Assembly: GCA_002269645.1 (NCBI GenBank) | Contig: NIVC01000827.1 | Span: forward strand, 62,001-126,000 | Source of the DNA: Macrostomum lignano | Lineage: Eukaryota | Reading direction: 5' to 3' | DNA: 64,000 bases | Notes under the pieces: generated by a model | What the model was told of the DNA's origin: nothing | Database searches by the model: none | What the model saw: only the letters and a program-made list of their open reading frames with translations | In this document: piece by piece, positions 12,090-24,133 of the stretch | Layout of the letters: each line of letters begins with the position of its first letter | How positions within the stretch are numbered: position 1 is the first letter of the stretch | Position numbers and translations under genes: made by a program

Positions 12090-13200
12090 TAGTGCTAGAG
12101 CAGGTTGTGGCTTGTCAATTGTTATTGGTGAATTCAAAACATCAGGACTCAGTGGTGCTGCATAACATCGCTATTGTAAATTATATTATTCTTCTTATAA
12201 TCATAAACAAAGTGGGTTATGTTAACGTCAGTGAAATTATCATCAAGATACTCAATCCTACCATAATAATCATATTTGCTTTTCCATTCCTTATATTTAT
12301 CATAATTTTTTTATATTTAAAAAAATATTTTCCTTCACTAGCCCATTTCTTCAACGTACCGATAGTAAGTCTGTCCTGCGCATCAGCAGAGCTGGCACTG
12401 GTGCTATTCCACACCCTTTTACATGACTCGGAATCGAACTAATCATAATTTACTCTTGACCAATCAGTGAATACTTTGTACATTTCATCACCACTGTCTA
12501 TGTTCCGGAGTATGAGTGCTACCTTGTACCAAGAATTATAGTCTTGGTTTTTGTGTTGTATTATACTTAACAACTTTGAAACTCCTTCACAAGTGGGTGG
12601 TGGAACGGCGCTTTTTAGTGCCTGTTTATAGGATTCTTGGTTTTATTTTTTATCCCGTGGCTTAATTAATCTATTTTATCTCATCAAGAATGACATTTGG
12701 TATGTCTATTAACCCTTTGCACTTTGTACGTTTTTATTCCTTAATTTCACCATCGACATAATAGAAACCTGGTGGAGCAAATACTAAAGCCGGAATATCA
12801 AAACCCAAACTTTGTTGAATCGTTACTTTTAATCTATCCACCTTGTTAAAGTAAAAGTGGTGACCCTTGTTTGTCTGAACAATCCATCACAATGAGTCAT
12901 ACACAGTTCTTTCAACTCAGGGCATAGGTCAGCATTATCAATATCGATTACGGTTATATTTGAATTTTGAGTATCTATCCAAATCATGTTGTCTACCTCT
13001 GGTCGAAATGGTGGGGAGGTGAATTCGTGTCTGCTTTGGTTGGCATTCCTGACGGTATTTTTTTCTTTGTTTTACTATTCCATGTTATACTGCAACTTCC
13101 GAACCTAAAATTACGTTCTCCATAGAGATTCATTAGTTTATCGTACGATTTTGTTTGTTTTAAATTTGTCAATCTTGGAGGTGGTGCATTATGGTTTTGA
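12090..13200 (-). pseudogene. AEP Prim-Pol primase + PriCT-2 + D5_N-like gene remnant
   Basis: Manual minus-strand translation: NITVIDIDN (DxD), IVQTNKGHHFYF, GFDIPALVFAPP; then DYNSWYKVALILRN..FTDWS..CKRVWNS..LTIGTLKKWA (PriCT-2-like); then DNFTDVNITHFVYDYKKNNIIYN. Contains stops and frameshifts. Confidence 0.75.
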
Positions 13201-13341
13201 AACGGATCCTGTACGATCACAGGAGAGACACTTGACTCGTTTTAATTTTTTCTTTCCATTTTGTTACAAATATAACAATATATAATTTGTTACAATATAT
13301 ACAATATAACAATATTATAACAATATAATTAAACGGTTTCA

Positions 13342-14082
13342 ATGTACTTCTCAAGGGTTATGGGGAGTTTGAAAATGTTCAGTAGGTTCCAGTGCAAAAC
13401 TGAAAGCACTGATGACTACGCTGAGAATCTGACAGAGCTAGCATGCAGGGCGTTTCTCCATCTAACCAACGATCAGAGACAGGAAGAGGTGGTGGAACAG
13501 TTCATTAGAGGTGTTAGGGTTGCCCCAGAGACTAGAGAAAAGCTACTGCTAGCTCAGGTAAACTCGCTTCAAGAGACACGTCGAGTCTTGCGACGTATCG
13601 AAATGGCGTACGCTATGTCTCGCAGAGGTAGAGACCCGCAGCAGTGTAAGGCAACTGGAGGAGACGAAGCTGAGAATAGCTTGAAGGAATTAGTCCGCAA
13701 ACAGAGTGAGGCGCTAGAGAATCATCAGAAGGTGCTTCAGGAGTTACTCCGACACCACCAGAGTGTTGAGCAAAAGGTCAAGCAGCAGCAGCCGTCAGGT
13801 CAGCAGCAGCAAGGCCAAAATCAGCAGAGGCGTCCCCCAGTTAAGTGCAACAGGTGTGGCAAGCTAGGTCACATAGCTAAGAATTGTAGACAGCCACATC
13901 CTCAGAACCAGCTTAGGTACCCGGCTCAGCAGCAGATGCAGTATCAGCAGCCGCAGTATCAGCAGCCAATGTACCCACAGCAGCAAATGCAGCCGCAGTA
14001 TCCGCAGCCGCATTACCCTCAGCAGCAGAATTCGGGAAACGGAATAGACGGAAGCGTCGGAGGCAACGCTTTCCAGCAGTAG
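13342..14082 (+). pseudogene. gag: Gypsy gag (5'-truncated) with CCHC zinc knuckle
   Basis: EQFIRG motif, CNRCGKLGHIAKNC, Q/P-rich tail. Confidence 0.85.
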
Positions 14083-14147
14083 ATCCCTCACAGTCTGTAG
14101 CCTCACAACCTGTAAATAGCAGCGATATTTTTTCTGTAAATAGTGAA

Positions 14148-16505
14148 TTGAATTCTTCAGTGTATAACAGTACGCATGCGCAATCATTTAATCAATCATT
14201 TAATCAGCCAAACATTTATTCTCAGCACTTTTCAAACGCACCACAACAGCAACCTTATTCTAGCAAGCAGCAGCTAAAACAACCAAAATTAAATGAACCA
14301 ACTAGAAAGCAAAGTTACAATCCGTATATCACTGGCAGCATTTTAAATAAGGAAATAGCTTATCTATTAGACACTGGCAGTAATAGAAATATCTTAGGAC
14401 GCGAAACCTGGAAGCATCTTTTCACTGGCGAGAATAGGCATCTATTAAAGCATTGGGACAATAGAATTGTTTCTTTTATGGAAGAGCCTATTCCAATTAA
14501 GGGTTTCGTAGTTATTAGGGCAACATTTAGCGATTTCGAAGAAGTTGAGTTTCTCTTATGTGACGCAGATGTAGACAATGTAATAGGTGTGACGTTTGTC
14601 CAAAAATATTGTACTACCATTGACTTCGATGCAGGAATGCTAACCATGAAACAAGGAACTAGAATTCCGCTTCGATCAACCAGAGCTAAGCCTCAGGTTA
14701 GGAGAATCTATGTCGCAGAAAAGACGACAGTTCCAGCTAATAGTTTAGGATTAGTCAAGGTCAGATTAGCAGCAGGTAGTGAAACTAATTTCGGAGTGCC
14801 ATCAGTTGTTGAGCCACTCAGATCAGGATTAAAGACTAGAACAGAGAAAGTAACTGTAGTGCCAAGTTTAGTAACTCTAAGACAAGGGAAGCTTACGAGC
14901 GTATTTAGAAGTGATTAACACCAGTTCACAGGAAGCTAGAGTACCAGCATCAGCATTAGTAGGGATGGCTAAGCCACTCTTAGCTAGCGAGCTTAACTAT
15001 CTGAAGGAACAGCCAGGAGAAGAGCAGAATAAGAGCACGCAGTCTTGCGGAAGCAGAGAAAAGATCAGTCAGGTACAAGACAAGTCGGAAGACTGGATTA
15101 GTGAGATTAACATAGGAACTGAACTGACTCAGGAGCAGAGACAAAAGGTGATCGAGGTCGTCAAGGAACATTCAGCAGCTTTCTCGCAGCACGAGTTAGA
15201 CTTAGGCAGAACGCATTTAGTCACACATGAAATTATCTTGAAGGACAACAACCCAGTTCAGATACCAGCTAGGAAAATTCCACCTCATTGGATCAAGGAG
15301 GTAGATGAGCAGTTGGATCTCATGTTGGCTAGAGGCATAATTACTCGTAGGCCTAGTTACTCGCAGTACTCGACTCCATTAGTCATAGTACCTAAGAAAG
15401 ACGGCTCGCTGAGATTAGTTAACGACTTTCGAGCACTAAACAATAAATCTGAGTACTTTCCGTATCCAATAACTAATATCAATGAAACATTCTCATGTCT
15501 CCATGGAGCCAGTCAATTTTCTACGTTAGATCTATTTTCAGGATATTATCAGATAGCTCTTAGGGAAGAAGATAAGTGCAAGACTAGCTTTCCAACTTTA
15601 CATCGAGGCTCGTTTGAGTACGAAGTATTGCCAATGGGATTGCAAGGAGCTCCAGGAACTTTTCAACGGCGCATGAACTTAGTTCTTAAGGACATTGCAC
15701 AGAAGTTCGCCATAGCTTACTTAGCCATAGATGATGTAATAGTTTACAGTGCAGACTTTGAATCTCACTTAGAACACCTGAAAGAAGTGCTCAAAAGACT
15801 AATCCAAGCTAATATGAAACTAAAAGCGAAGAATTGTCACCTTTTCAAATCAGAACTGCAATATCTAGGACATGTCAGGCAAATCAGGAATTAAGAGAGA
15901 TGCGTCAAAATTAGAATCAATCAGAAACTGGCCGAAACCTAAATCTGTAACAGAGCTTCGAAGCTTTCTCGGACTATGTAATTACTATAGAAAATTCGTT
16001 AGAGATTTTGCCGAGGTAGCAGCACCACTCTGTGAGTTAACTAAGAAGAACATTAAATGTATCCAGGACAAATGGACCAGGATTCATGATGAATGCTTCG
16101 AGTTGTTAAAGGAACGGATATGCTCCGAAGAAGTGCTTGCTTACCAAGAGTTTATTACAGACCCCCAAATTTTTTTTGTTAGAAACTGATGCATCAGATG
16201 TCAGAATTGGGGCGGTCTTGAATCAAGTTCAGAGCGACGGAATTGAAAGGCCGATCGCGTATTATAGTCGGAAGATGAGGCAGTCAGAAACTAGATATCC
16301 GATTACGAGGAAGGAGCTTCTAGCGATTGTTGACTCACTGAAGTACTTTAGATTTCACCTCGTAGGAAAACGTTTTAAGGTGCGCACTGATCACAATGCC
16401 CTAACCTGGTTGCTTCGCCAAACCGAACAGACAGGCATTTTAGGTCGTTGGATCGAAAGACTTTCTGAATTTGATTTTGAGATAGAAGTGACCCTAAACA
16501 TGTGA
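14148..16505 (+). pseudogene. pol: Gypsy pol: aspartic protease, reverse transcriptase, RNase H (frameshifted)
   Basis: YLLDTGS, LRLVNDFRALN, FSTLDLFSGYYQI, MGLQGAPGTFQR, YL(AI)DD, LRSFLGLCNYY, LETDAS, ELLAIV, TDHNAL. Confidence 0.95.
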
Positions 16506-16840
16506 ATGCTGACGCTCTATCCAGGATCCCTGATCCTCAACCGGAAGAGATGTCCCCACATGCCAGGTCGCTAAGCTGTAGGGCAACTGTGAACACAGAC
16601 CCAGCATCAGCTTTTACTGTCAGCTCAGGCAATTCCGCGTTCACTGAAACCTGTAGCTCGAGCAGTGGAGTTCCGTCATGCTGTTCGTCACAAGACACTG
16701 TCACGAACCGACACAATACTCCGATCTTTAGTAGCAGTAGGCTAGACAATAAACAGGGACAGGAGCCTAAAGCTGGAAAGCCGCCTGCATGCAATGCCCT
16801 GCTCAGTGACTATCTCCGTAGCCCAGTTCGCCGTGACTAA

Positions 16841-18124
16841 TTGATCGCAGCACAGCTAGCCGATCCGGCGGTAGGCTTTGTTAGAAATTTAATTGAGAAT
16901 GACTCGCCTAAACCGACATTTCAAGAACGACTAGAGTTAACCCACGACTGTAGGAACCTCTTAGGGTACTACGAGTTGCTCAGAATTGAGGACGGTATAC
17001 TCAAAGTGGACTTATCTATGGGGCAGATTGATCCAAAGGTAGTATTGCCCAAGTCTCTGGATAGTGAAGTCTTTCACCAATTCCATGATTCACCGTTATT
17101 GGGACACCTAGGTCGAGATAAAACTTATCAGAGAATTAAAATTCGATTTTGGAGGCCAGGATTAGCAACAGCAGTTGAGCGCTACGTAGCCAAATGTAAA
17201 TCGTGCTTAGAAAGTAAGACTAGGAGAAGAATTAAGGCACCAATCCAGAACTACCTGTAGTCGAACCGTTCGGTAGACTACACATAGATCTGATAGGACC
17301 TATTGGCCAAACTAGCAAATCAGGAAACAAATATGTACTTTCAGTCATAGACAGCACTAGCAAATTTCCATTCGCATTCGCAATTAGGAATCAGAAGGCT
17401 AAAACAGTTATCAAAATTCTACAAGAACGAGTTTTCGCTGATTTTGGGATTCCACAATGGATTCACACAGACCAGGGAACACAGTTCACTGGTAGGGCCT
17501 TTAGGAAATTTTTAGACCTCTATGGCATTAGACACACTCGAACAACATCCGCAGAGCAATGGCTTAGTAGAAAACCTTAATAAGCAGATTAAATCAATTC
17601 TCACCTGTTTACTGGAGAAGGAGCATTCCAACTGGGACGTTCTGTTGCCAGGTTACATAACAGCTCTGAGAACTAGCACGCACACTGCCACAGGATTCAG
17701 TCCACACTATTTAGTCTTTAGAAGAGAGGCCAGAATGCCCTGTGACAATGAGCTGAACGAGCCAAAGCAGTTCCAGGATTTGCCATCTTATGTCCAGGAA
17801 CATCAGCAGAATCTGCAGGAAGGCCAAGAACTAGCGAGAAAGAGATTAAAATTAGTGCAGCAAAACCGTGAGCAGGAGTACTCTAATAAGCCTAAGCCGA
17901 AAACATTGCCTGTAGGAAGCTTAGTATTTATTAATAATCCAGTAATTGCTAACACAGAGGCCAACAAATTTCACAGAAAGCAAAGTGCAGTTTATGAAAT
18001 TGTAGAACAATTATCAAAAGTAGTTTTTAGGATCAGACCAGTTATTAAAAATAAGAAGGCTAGGAAGGAAGAACTTATCATGCATAGGGATAACTTAATG
18101 AACGTACCACAAGCAGATTATTAG
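16841..18124 (+). pseudogene. pol: Gypsy integrase (H2C2 finger + DDE core, frameshifted)
   Basis: HDSPLLGHLG..CKSC, LHIDLIGP, IHTDQGTQF, HPQSNGLVE, HTATGFSP. Confidence 0.9.
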
Positions 18125-18246
18125 GAAGAAGAAGCTAGTACTAAACCAAAAGGACATAAGAACCAGTACAGTAGGGAACAGTTAGCCAATAGACAGCCGA
18201 ATGTGTACAATGACTCTGAAAGTGAAGACGAGTACGAAGACGCAGT

Positions 18247-18411
18247 GCAGTTTATGCCAGTGCAACATCAAATAATGAGCAGTTTATGCCAGTGCAACAT
18301 CAAATAATGAGCAGTTTATGCCAGTGCAAAATCAAATTAACGTGCAACATAAAAATAATGAGCAGTTTATGCCAGTGCAACATTAAAATAATGAGCAGTT
18401 ATGCCAGTGCA
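18247..18411. repeat. 32-33-bp tandem repeat in the pol 3' tail
   Basis: GCAGTTTATGCCAGTGCAACATCAAATAATGA units, about 5 degenerate copies. Confidence 0.85.
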
Positions 18412-18676
18412 TCCTCGAAATAATGTGCAGTCAGTGGCAGATCAACAAGTACAGCGTCAAAATTTTAATCAAAATAATCTAATAGGTGTACAAGGAGTTA
18501 TGCCAGTACAATTAAATAACAATACTAATCTAGGGATTAATTTAGAAGCTAGACCCGCGAGAGAGCGTCATGCTCCAGATAGGTTAACTGTCAGGCCAAA
18601 TCAGAAAAGTTACGTACAGAGGATAGCGGCGTTGTTTAACCCATTCAACCTCTTGCAGCCTAAATCCCAATAAGTC

Positions 18677-19240
18677 ATGGCCGACGCCCCACTCCGCGTC
18701 TATCTGAAAAAGCGAATCTATGGCCAGCAAAGAAGACAGGCAGCTTCAGAAAATTAACCCGCAAGAATTAGGGCTGTTCAAGAAGTGAGCGATAGTGTCG
18801 TGACAAGCAGTAAAAAGCAGAAATTAGAGCAGCCGGAAGAGGGCGGTGAGCCCGAAGGAAAACTGGTCGTAGACATAGACTTGGAAGAATTGGAAAGGGA
18901 GACGAAAAGAGAGGAAGAAGCGTTCCGAGAGGAGATGACCAGATTCATGGAAGAGGTACGACAGTATGAGGAAGGAAGCCAGCAGGAAGACGGATTAAAG
19001 GAAGAAGAAGAGCGACAGCAACCGGCAGAGGAGCCAGCCGAGCCGCAAGTGGACCCTGGCGAGCAAAAGAGGAAGTTTCGACGCTGCCGCCGGGCCCTCA
19101 AGTACATACTAAGGACGGGTAAAACCGGTATGTTCGAAACCGAGTTACCCGAGGCCTGCGCGTGTTTCTTAACGACAGCGACCAAGGAGGAGGCAATTAA
19201 GTGCTACGAAATAGCCTGTACCTATTGCCTCCAGTACGCG
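18677..19240 (+). pseudogene. Gypsy accessory ORF3 of unknown function, copy 1 (cut by LINE A)
   Basis: ATGGCCGACGCCC starts 4 nt after the pol-tail stop. Acidic coil then CRRALK..LPEAC..C.EIAC.YCLQYAE. Homologous to 35029-35845. Confidence 0.65.
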
Positions 19241-19242
19241 GA

Positions 19243-19992
19243 GACTCCTGTTTGATCAACTTCTACAAGGACGGGTCGATCAACATCCCCTGGCACTCTG
19301 ATGACGAGGTAGAGCTAGGGCCTAATCCGACAATAGCATCCATCTCGATTGGCGCAGCGCGCGACTTTCACATGCGCGCCAAAGGATCAACTAACATAGC
19401 ATGGTCTCAAAGACTCGCCAGTGGCTCGCTGCTGGTAATGAGCGGTGCTACTCAATCACACCTCCAACACGCGGTCCTCAAGGACCCTAAAGTCAAAGAG
19501 CTCAGAGTCAACCTTACGTTTAGACTCACGCACGACGCCAGAATTCCGGAAGTACTTCCTGCCTCTGCCCAGTCAAACCCTTGTGTGCAACCAGTCGAAA
19601 ACAGCATCACTTGCGATCTCGACGATGAGGACTCGGTTCGCCGCAGAGCAGAGCCGGAAGCGGAAAATTTGAGACAAATAAGATCACGTTCAAACAGTTG
19701 CACGGGGCGCAAACCTAGCAACCAGCAGCCAACCACTCAAACATCTCAACAAAACACCACGCAACTAGCTCATGAGCAGCCATCAACCATCAGCAAACAC
19801 TACTCGCAGCAACAAGCCAGCATCCAATCGCAGCAGCAGCAGCCGCCATCCGAAAACTCACAACAATCACTCACTCACCAGGCGCCACAGACAACAACAC
19901 AGCAACAGCAACAAACTGAAACTAAAATAACCTGCAATAGCCAACCTAGCCAAATTATCCAAAATAATCAGCTAAACCAACCTAAAGCTTAA
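19243..19992 (+). CDS. AlkB-family (ALKBH2/3-like) 2OG-Fe(II) dioxygenase domain of LINE A + Q/S/T-rich tail
   Basis: SCLINFY, WHSDDE (HxD), IASISIGAAR, GSLLVM, QHAV (distal His), RVNLTFR (RxxxxxR). Confidence 0.9.
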   Translation, partial: DSCLINFYKDGSINIPWHSDDEVELGPNPTIASISIGAARDFHMRAKGSTNIAWSQRLASGSLLVMSGATQSHLQHAVLKDPKVKELRVNLTFRLTHDARIPEVLPASAQSNPCVQPVENSITCDLDDEDSVRRRAEPEAENLRQIRSRSNSCTGRKPSNQQPTTQTSQQNTTQLAHEQPSTISKHYSQQQASIQSQQQQPPSENSQQSLTHQAPQTTTQQQQQTETKITCNSQPSQIIQNNQLNQPKA

Positions 19993-20068
19993 AGCCAAAC
20001 TAGCCAACCTAGCTCTAATCTAACCAACCAACTTAACACTGCAAGCAACAATTATCAGCTTAGAACTA

Positions 20069-21449
20069 ATGACAACTCAAAACCTAAAAACTCAGCCCCA
20101 GTCATCTTTGAGATTGAGCATGAAGGATCCCATCAAATTTGAGTGGTTTTTGAAAGACAACTTTCCTGAAATCAGAATTAAATCGGTCAAAGACCTATAC
20201 CATAGCTCTGGCTACATTGTAACACCAGAACATCCTAAGGATTTCAACAAATTACTAACAGCACCACTTAAAACTAACAAAATTAATGAATACGAAATAA
20301 CAAGACGCATGGCAGCCAAGAGGCCAATAAAACAAGGGGACGATCAGGTGCGTGCACCTCTCAAATCACCACAGGTGTACTCTTTTATTGTCAAATACGT
20401 CCCCATTGTGGTGGACGCTAAAGAGTTAGCAAAACACCAGGTGGAGTCAGAGCAGCAATTACCGATTGATGGCGCCGTGCGCATCATCTCCAAGGCAACA
20501 GGTGAACCATCACCGCATGTTCGCCTCTTCACGAAGAGCAAGGGCGCGATGGAGAGATGCATTGAGCACGGCGTCCATCTAGGCTTCAGCAGGTTTCGGT
20601 GTGAGGAGTCGATCAATCTCCCACCAGTCAAAGCTATCCAGTGCATGAAGTGTCAAAGACTAGGGCACCACGAGAAAAGATGCACAGCGTCAGCATACAG
20701 ATGTAATAAATGCGCAGGGGAACATTTCTCAGCTGACTGCCCCAAAGACCGCAAGTTCGAATGCGCCAACTGCGGGGGCGAGCACCCAGCGTATTCGTTC
20801 AAATTCCAAAAAATCAAGGAAGCTAACGAAATTGCAACTAAAAAAGCACATGAAAAAATCAGAGCACAGAGAGAGGAAGCAAAACAAAATCAGAACATCT
20901 TTGGTAGTCAGTCCCTAGGGGAGGCCTTTGGGGTACCAGGACTGCTATCCTACGCTGACGCAATGCGACCAATGCGACCTGGACTCACCAAGCCAATCCT
21001 GGGTCCCATCGCGTATTCTAACCGTGCCGCCGCCGCCGCCGCTGCCGCTGCCGCTGGCGACGCCCCACCAGCGGAAGCGCTGGCGAGTCGACATGCTCCG
21101 ACCAATCCGGCGGCAATCCAAATCTCCGCCAATCCGCCCACGCTGCCGGCAGTTGCCTCCGACTCCGTCACCATGGCCGCGCCCAAAACTAGGAGTTGAA
21201 AACGCCAATGACATGCGCAAATCAAGTGAGAGGGGCCTAATCTCCCGGATGGGGGTGCTTGAGGTTGTACTTCAGGCACTCACTCGGCTCATGGGCACTA
21301 ATCTGGGACGGATGCTCACCGAATGGGAAGCGGGGCAACTCGCAATCCAGGCGGTGACTGAAGTCCTGGCAGCACTCAGGAATCGAAGGGGACCTGATTC
21401 AGGGACAGGGGACACTGAAGCCGCGCAAGCGGGCGGAGGTGAAACCTGA
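20069..21449 (+). pseudogene. LINE A gag-like ORF1 (frameshift near 21200)
   Basis: CMKCQRLGHHEKRC, CNKCAGEHFSADC and CANCGGEHPAY knuckles preceded by a PRE_C2HC-like region. Confidence 0.9.
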
Positions 21450-21480
21450 ACCTGACCATTAAATTACGTTAAGCGTTAAC

Positions 21481-24130
21481 TTGATCTTCAATTTCAACTC
21501 ATCTAATAATTCACCTAAAAATAATGGGCCGGGAAAACAGTCTGTTGTGTGGGACTCTCTAAACATTGGGCATCTCAACTGCAACGGGCTTAGCAACAAA
21601 TTCTACGAGATTTCATCTTGGGTTAACAAAGAAGACTTAGATATTGGGCTTTTCTCTGAAACATGCCTAGAGGAAAAAAACAAATTTCACTTACCTGGGT
21701 ATGCCACGCTCCGGTTTGACGTCCCTAACTGTAGAAGAGGACTCGCAATTGTCTATAAAAACCATCTTGATGTTATGAATGTTGAAAAAAATTTCGATAA
21801 CTGTAATCACGAATTCATTAGCTTCGAAATTCATCTTAAAAATAACAAACTTAAGCAATTAAACGTGGTTCTCTTCTACAGAGCCCCAACCCCAACCCGG
21901 CTTGACTCCGAGGTGCTAGACCATTTTTTCTCTAGACCCTCTACCATAGTCATTGGAGACTTCAACTGCAACCATCCTGCCCTAGGGAGCGACACCCAGC
22001 TCAACTTCCCAGGAAAACAACTCTTCGAGTGGCTCGACTCCCAACCCAACCCACCCAACATCCTTAACAATTATGGAGACTGCACCAGGGTTAGCTATCG
22101 TAGCGGCTGTTCTAAGAAATGTCCTTGACCTTGGGATCTGCTCCCCGGACCTCTCCAAACACGCCAGTAATGTTATAGTGGGGGAAGATCTTGACAGCGA
22201 TCACCTCCCTATCATCATTAAAATATACCTCGACCCCAATTGCAAGCTTAAACAAAAACCACCCAAAAGTTTTTGGAACACCGACTGGGAGGCCTTCAGA
22301 GGCACCCTCCAAGATAAACTTAGTAACAATCAGATCCTCAGCCGCAGGTTCTCAACCCCTGAAGACCTTGATCACGCGGTAGACCTGCTCACTCAAAGTA
22401 TTCATGACACCATAGACGAAGTGGTTCCCAACAGAGACCCTAGGGAGCAGCTTCTCCCAGACATTATCAATAAAATTAAACATAGGAGGAAATCTATGCA
22501 CTAAAATAGCTAAAACAAGTTACAAGAAAGAACCTAAGAACTTTTGGATAGACATTAAGAAAATGACTGGAGAAGGCCCTAAGGCGATCAATTACCCGCT
22601 CCTCGTCTACAAAAATACACACGCTGAAACTGAAGCGGAAAAAGTCAAGCTGTTTAGCAACTTCCTTAAAGATCAGATGCAATGTCACCCCAAGCAAAAT
22701 TCAAAAATTTACAATAGAGTCATGGAAACCAAAGATCATGAGATCTTCAAACCCCACAACAATATTCTAGCTGCCCTTTCCTACCACAAATAGCATGCTA
22801 ACCCAGATAATCCCGATAATGAAGACATTGAAGGAGACATTCTAAACATTACTGATCAGGATGTCTTATGGGAAAGTAGGAAACTCAGGTCAGGAGGAGC
22901 TGCTGGTCCTGACAGAATACCCAACCTAGTTCTAAAATATGGATTCAGCCCAGACTCTATTAGAGTGCTCGCAAAAATCTTTAACTCAAGCTTCCTCCTA
23001 GGATACTTCCCCAAGCAATGGAAAAAAGCTACTATCAAAATGATCCCAAAACCAAATAAACCCAAATCATTAGTGGATAGCTACAGACCCATCAGCCTAA
23101 CCTCTTGCATTGGCAAATTGTATGAAAAAATCCTAGCTAGAGATCTCAGAATAATTCTAGAAAACCTAGGAATTATCAACGACGAACAATGTGCTTATAG
23201 ATACGATCATTGCACATACGATAATATAGTAAGACTCACCGACGATGTGCTGAAAATGCTCCAGTTGAAGCAGTACACGTTGGGAGTCTTCTTTGATGTT
23301 AAAGAAGCCTTTGACGGGGTCTGGCTGGACTTCCTTAAATATAAAATTCGGAAAAGTAAAGTCCCGCACAACATGGCACGAATTCTAGCAAATTATCTAG
23401 ACGATAGAACTGTGGAGCTTGTGGTTGGCGGAGCCCGGGGCGGGGAATTTCAGCCAATGGCAGGCGTTCCGCAGGGTGGGGTCCTCTCGCCCCTGCTTTT
23501 CATCATATTCGCCAGCTCTATTCCAAAGCCAACTGATAGCAAGGTTCAATTTAGTCAGTTTGCTGACGACCTAGCCGTATGGGCCTCAGTTAGAAAGTCC
23601 ACCATGGCAGCAAAAAGGCTGAACTCCTACTTTCTAGTCCTCAAAAAATGGTTAGACAATCTGGGCATTGTTATTAATCCCTCTAAAAGCACAGCCATCT
23701 CCTTCTTTAAACCTAATGGAAATAAAACTGGTCCAGGCGATCCTCCAGTTAAACTTGGGCACGACAAAATCAGGTACTATGACTCCGTCACCTTCTTAGG
23801 GATGGTCCTTGACAAGCAACTCAATTTTAAGGCCCATGTCGAAAAGATCATTGGGTCCTCCACGCTCAAAACTGCTGCACTTGCCAGAATGGCAAAAATT
23901 CCAGGATTTCGCAATTGGCTCTTCGCCTTATCTACAGGGCTTACATTGAGAGCACCATGACCTATGGGGCTCCAGTGCTTATCAACCTTCTCGATTCCCT
24001 TGTCAACAGGCTCCAAATCCTGCAAAATAAGGCACTGCGCATCTCGATTGACGCCCCGCCCTACACTAAGATATCTTACATCCATCAGGTCACCAAGATG
24101 CCTATGGTCAAAGAACGGCTGCTTATCCTT
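21481..24130 (+). pseudogene. LINE A ORF2: apurinic-like endonuclease + reverse transcriptase (frameshifted)
   Basis: HLNCNG, FSET, IGDFN, SDHLP; AAGPD, YRPISLTS, FFDVKEAFD, GVPQGGVLSP, QFADD, LQNKALR. Confidence 0.95.
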
Positions 24131-24133
24131 GTG

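Larger units (their letters stand above)
13342..19240 (+). mobile_element. Decayed Ty3/Gypsy retrotransposon internal region (gag, PR-RT-RH-IN, ORF3)
   Basis: The PR-RT-RH-IN domain order is the Gypsy type. Many frameshifts; 3' part cut by a LINE at about 19243. Confidence 0.95.

Noticed and set aside
16502-16840. Extra domain between RNase H and integrase
   Set aside because: It is a Ser/Thr-rich linker without a recognisable motif.
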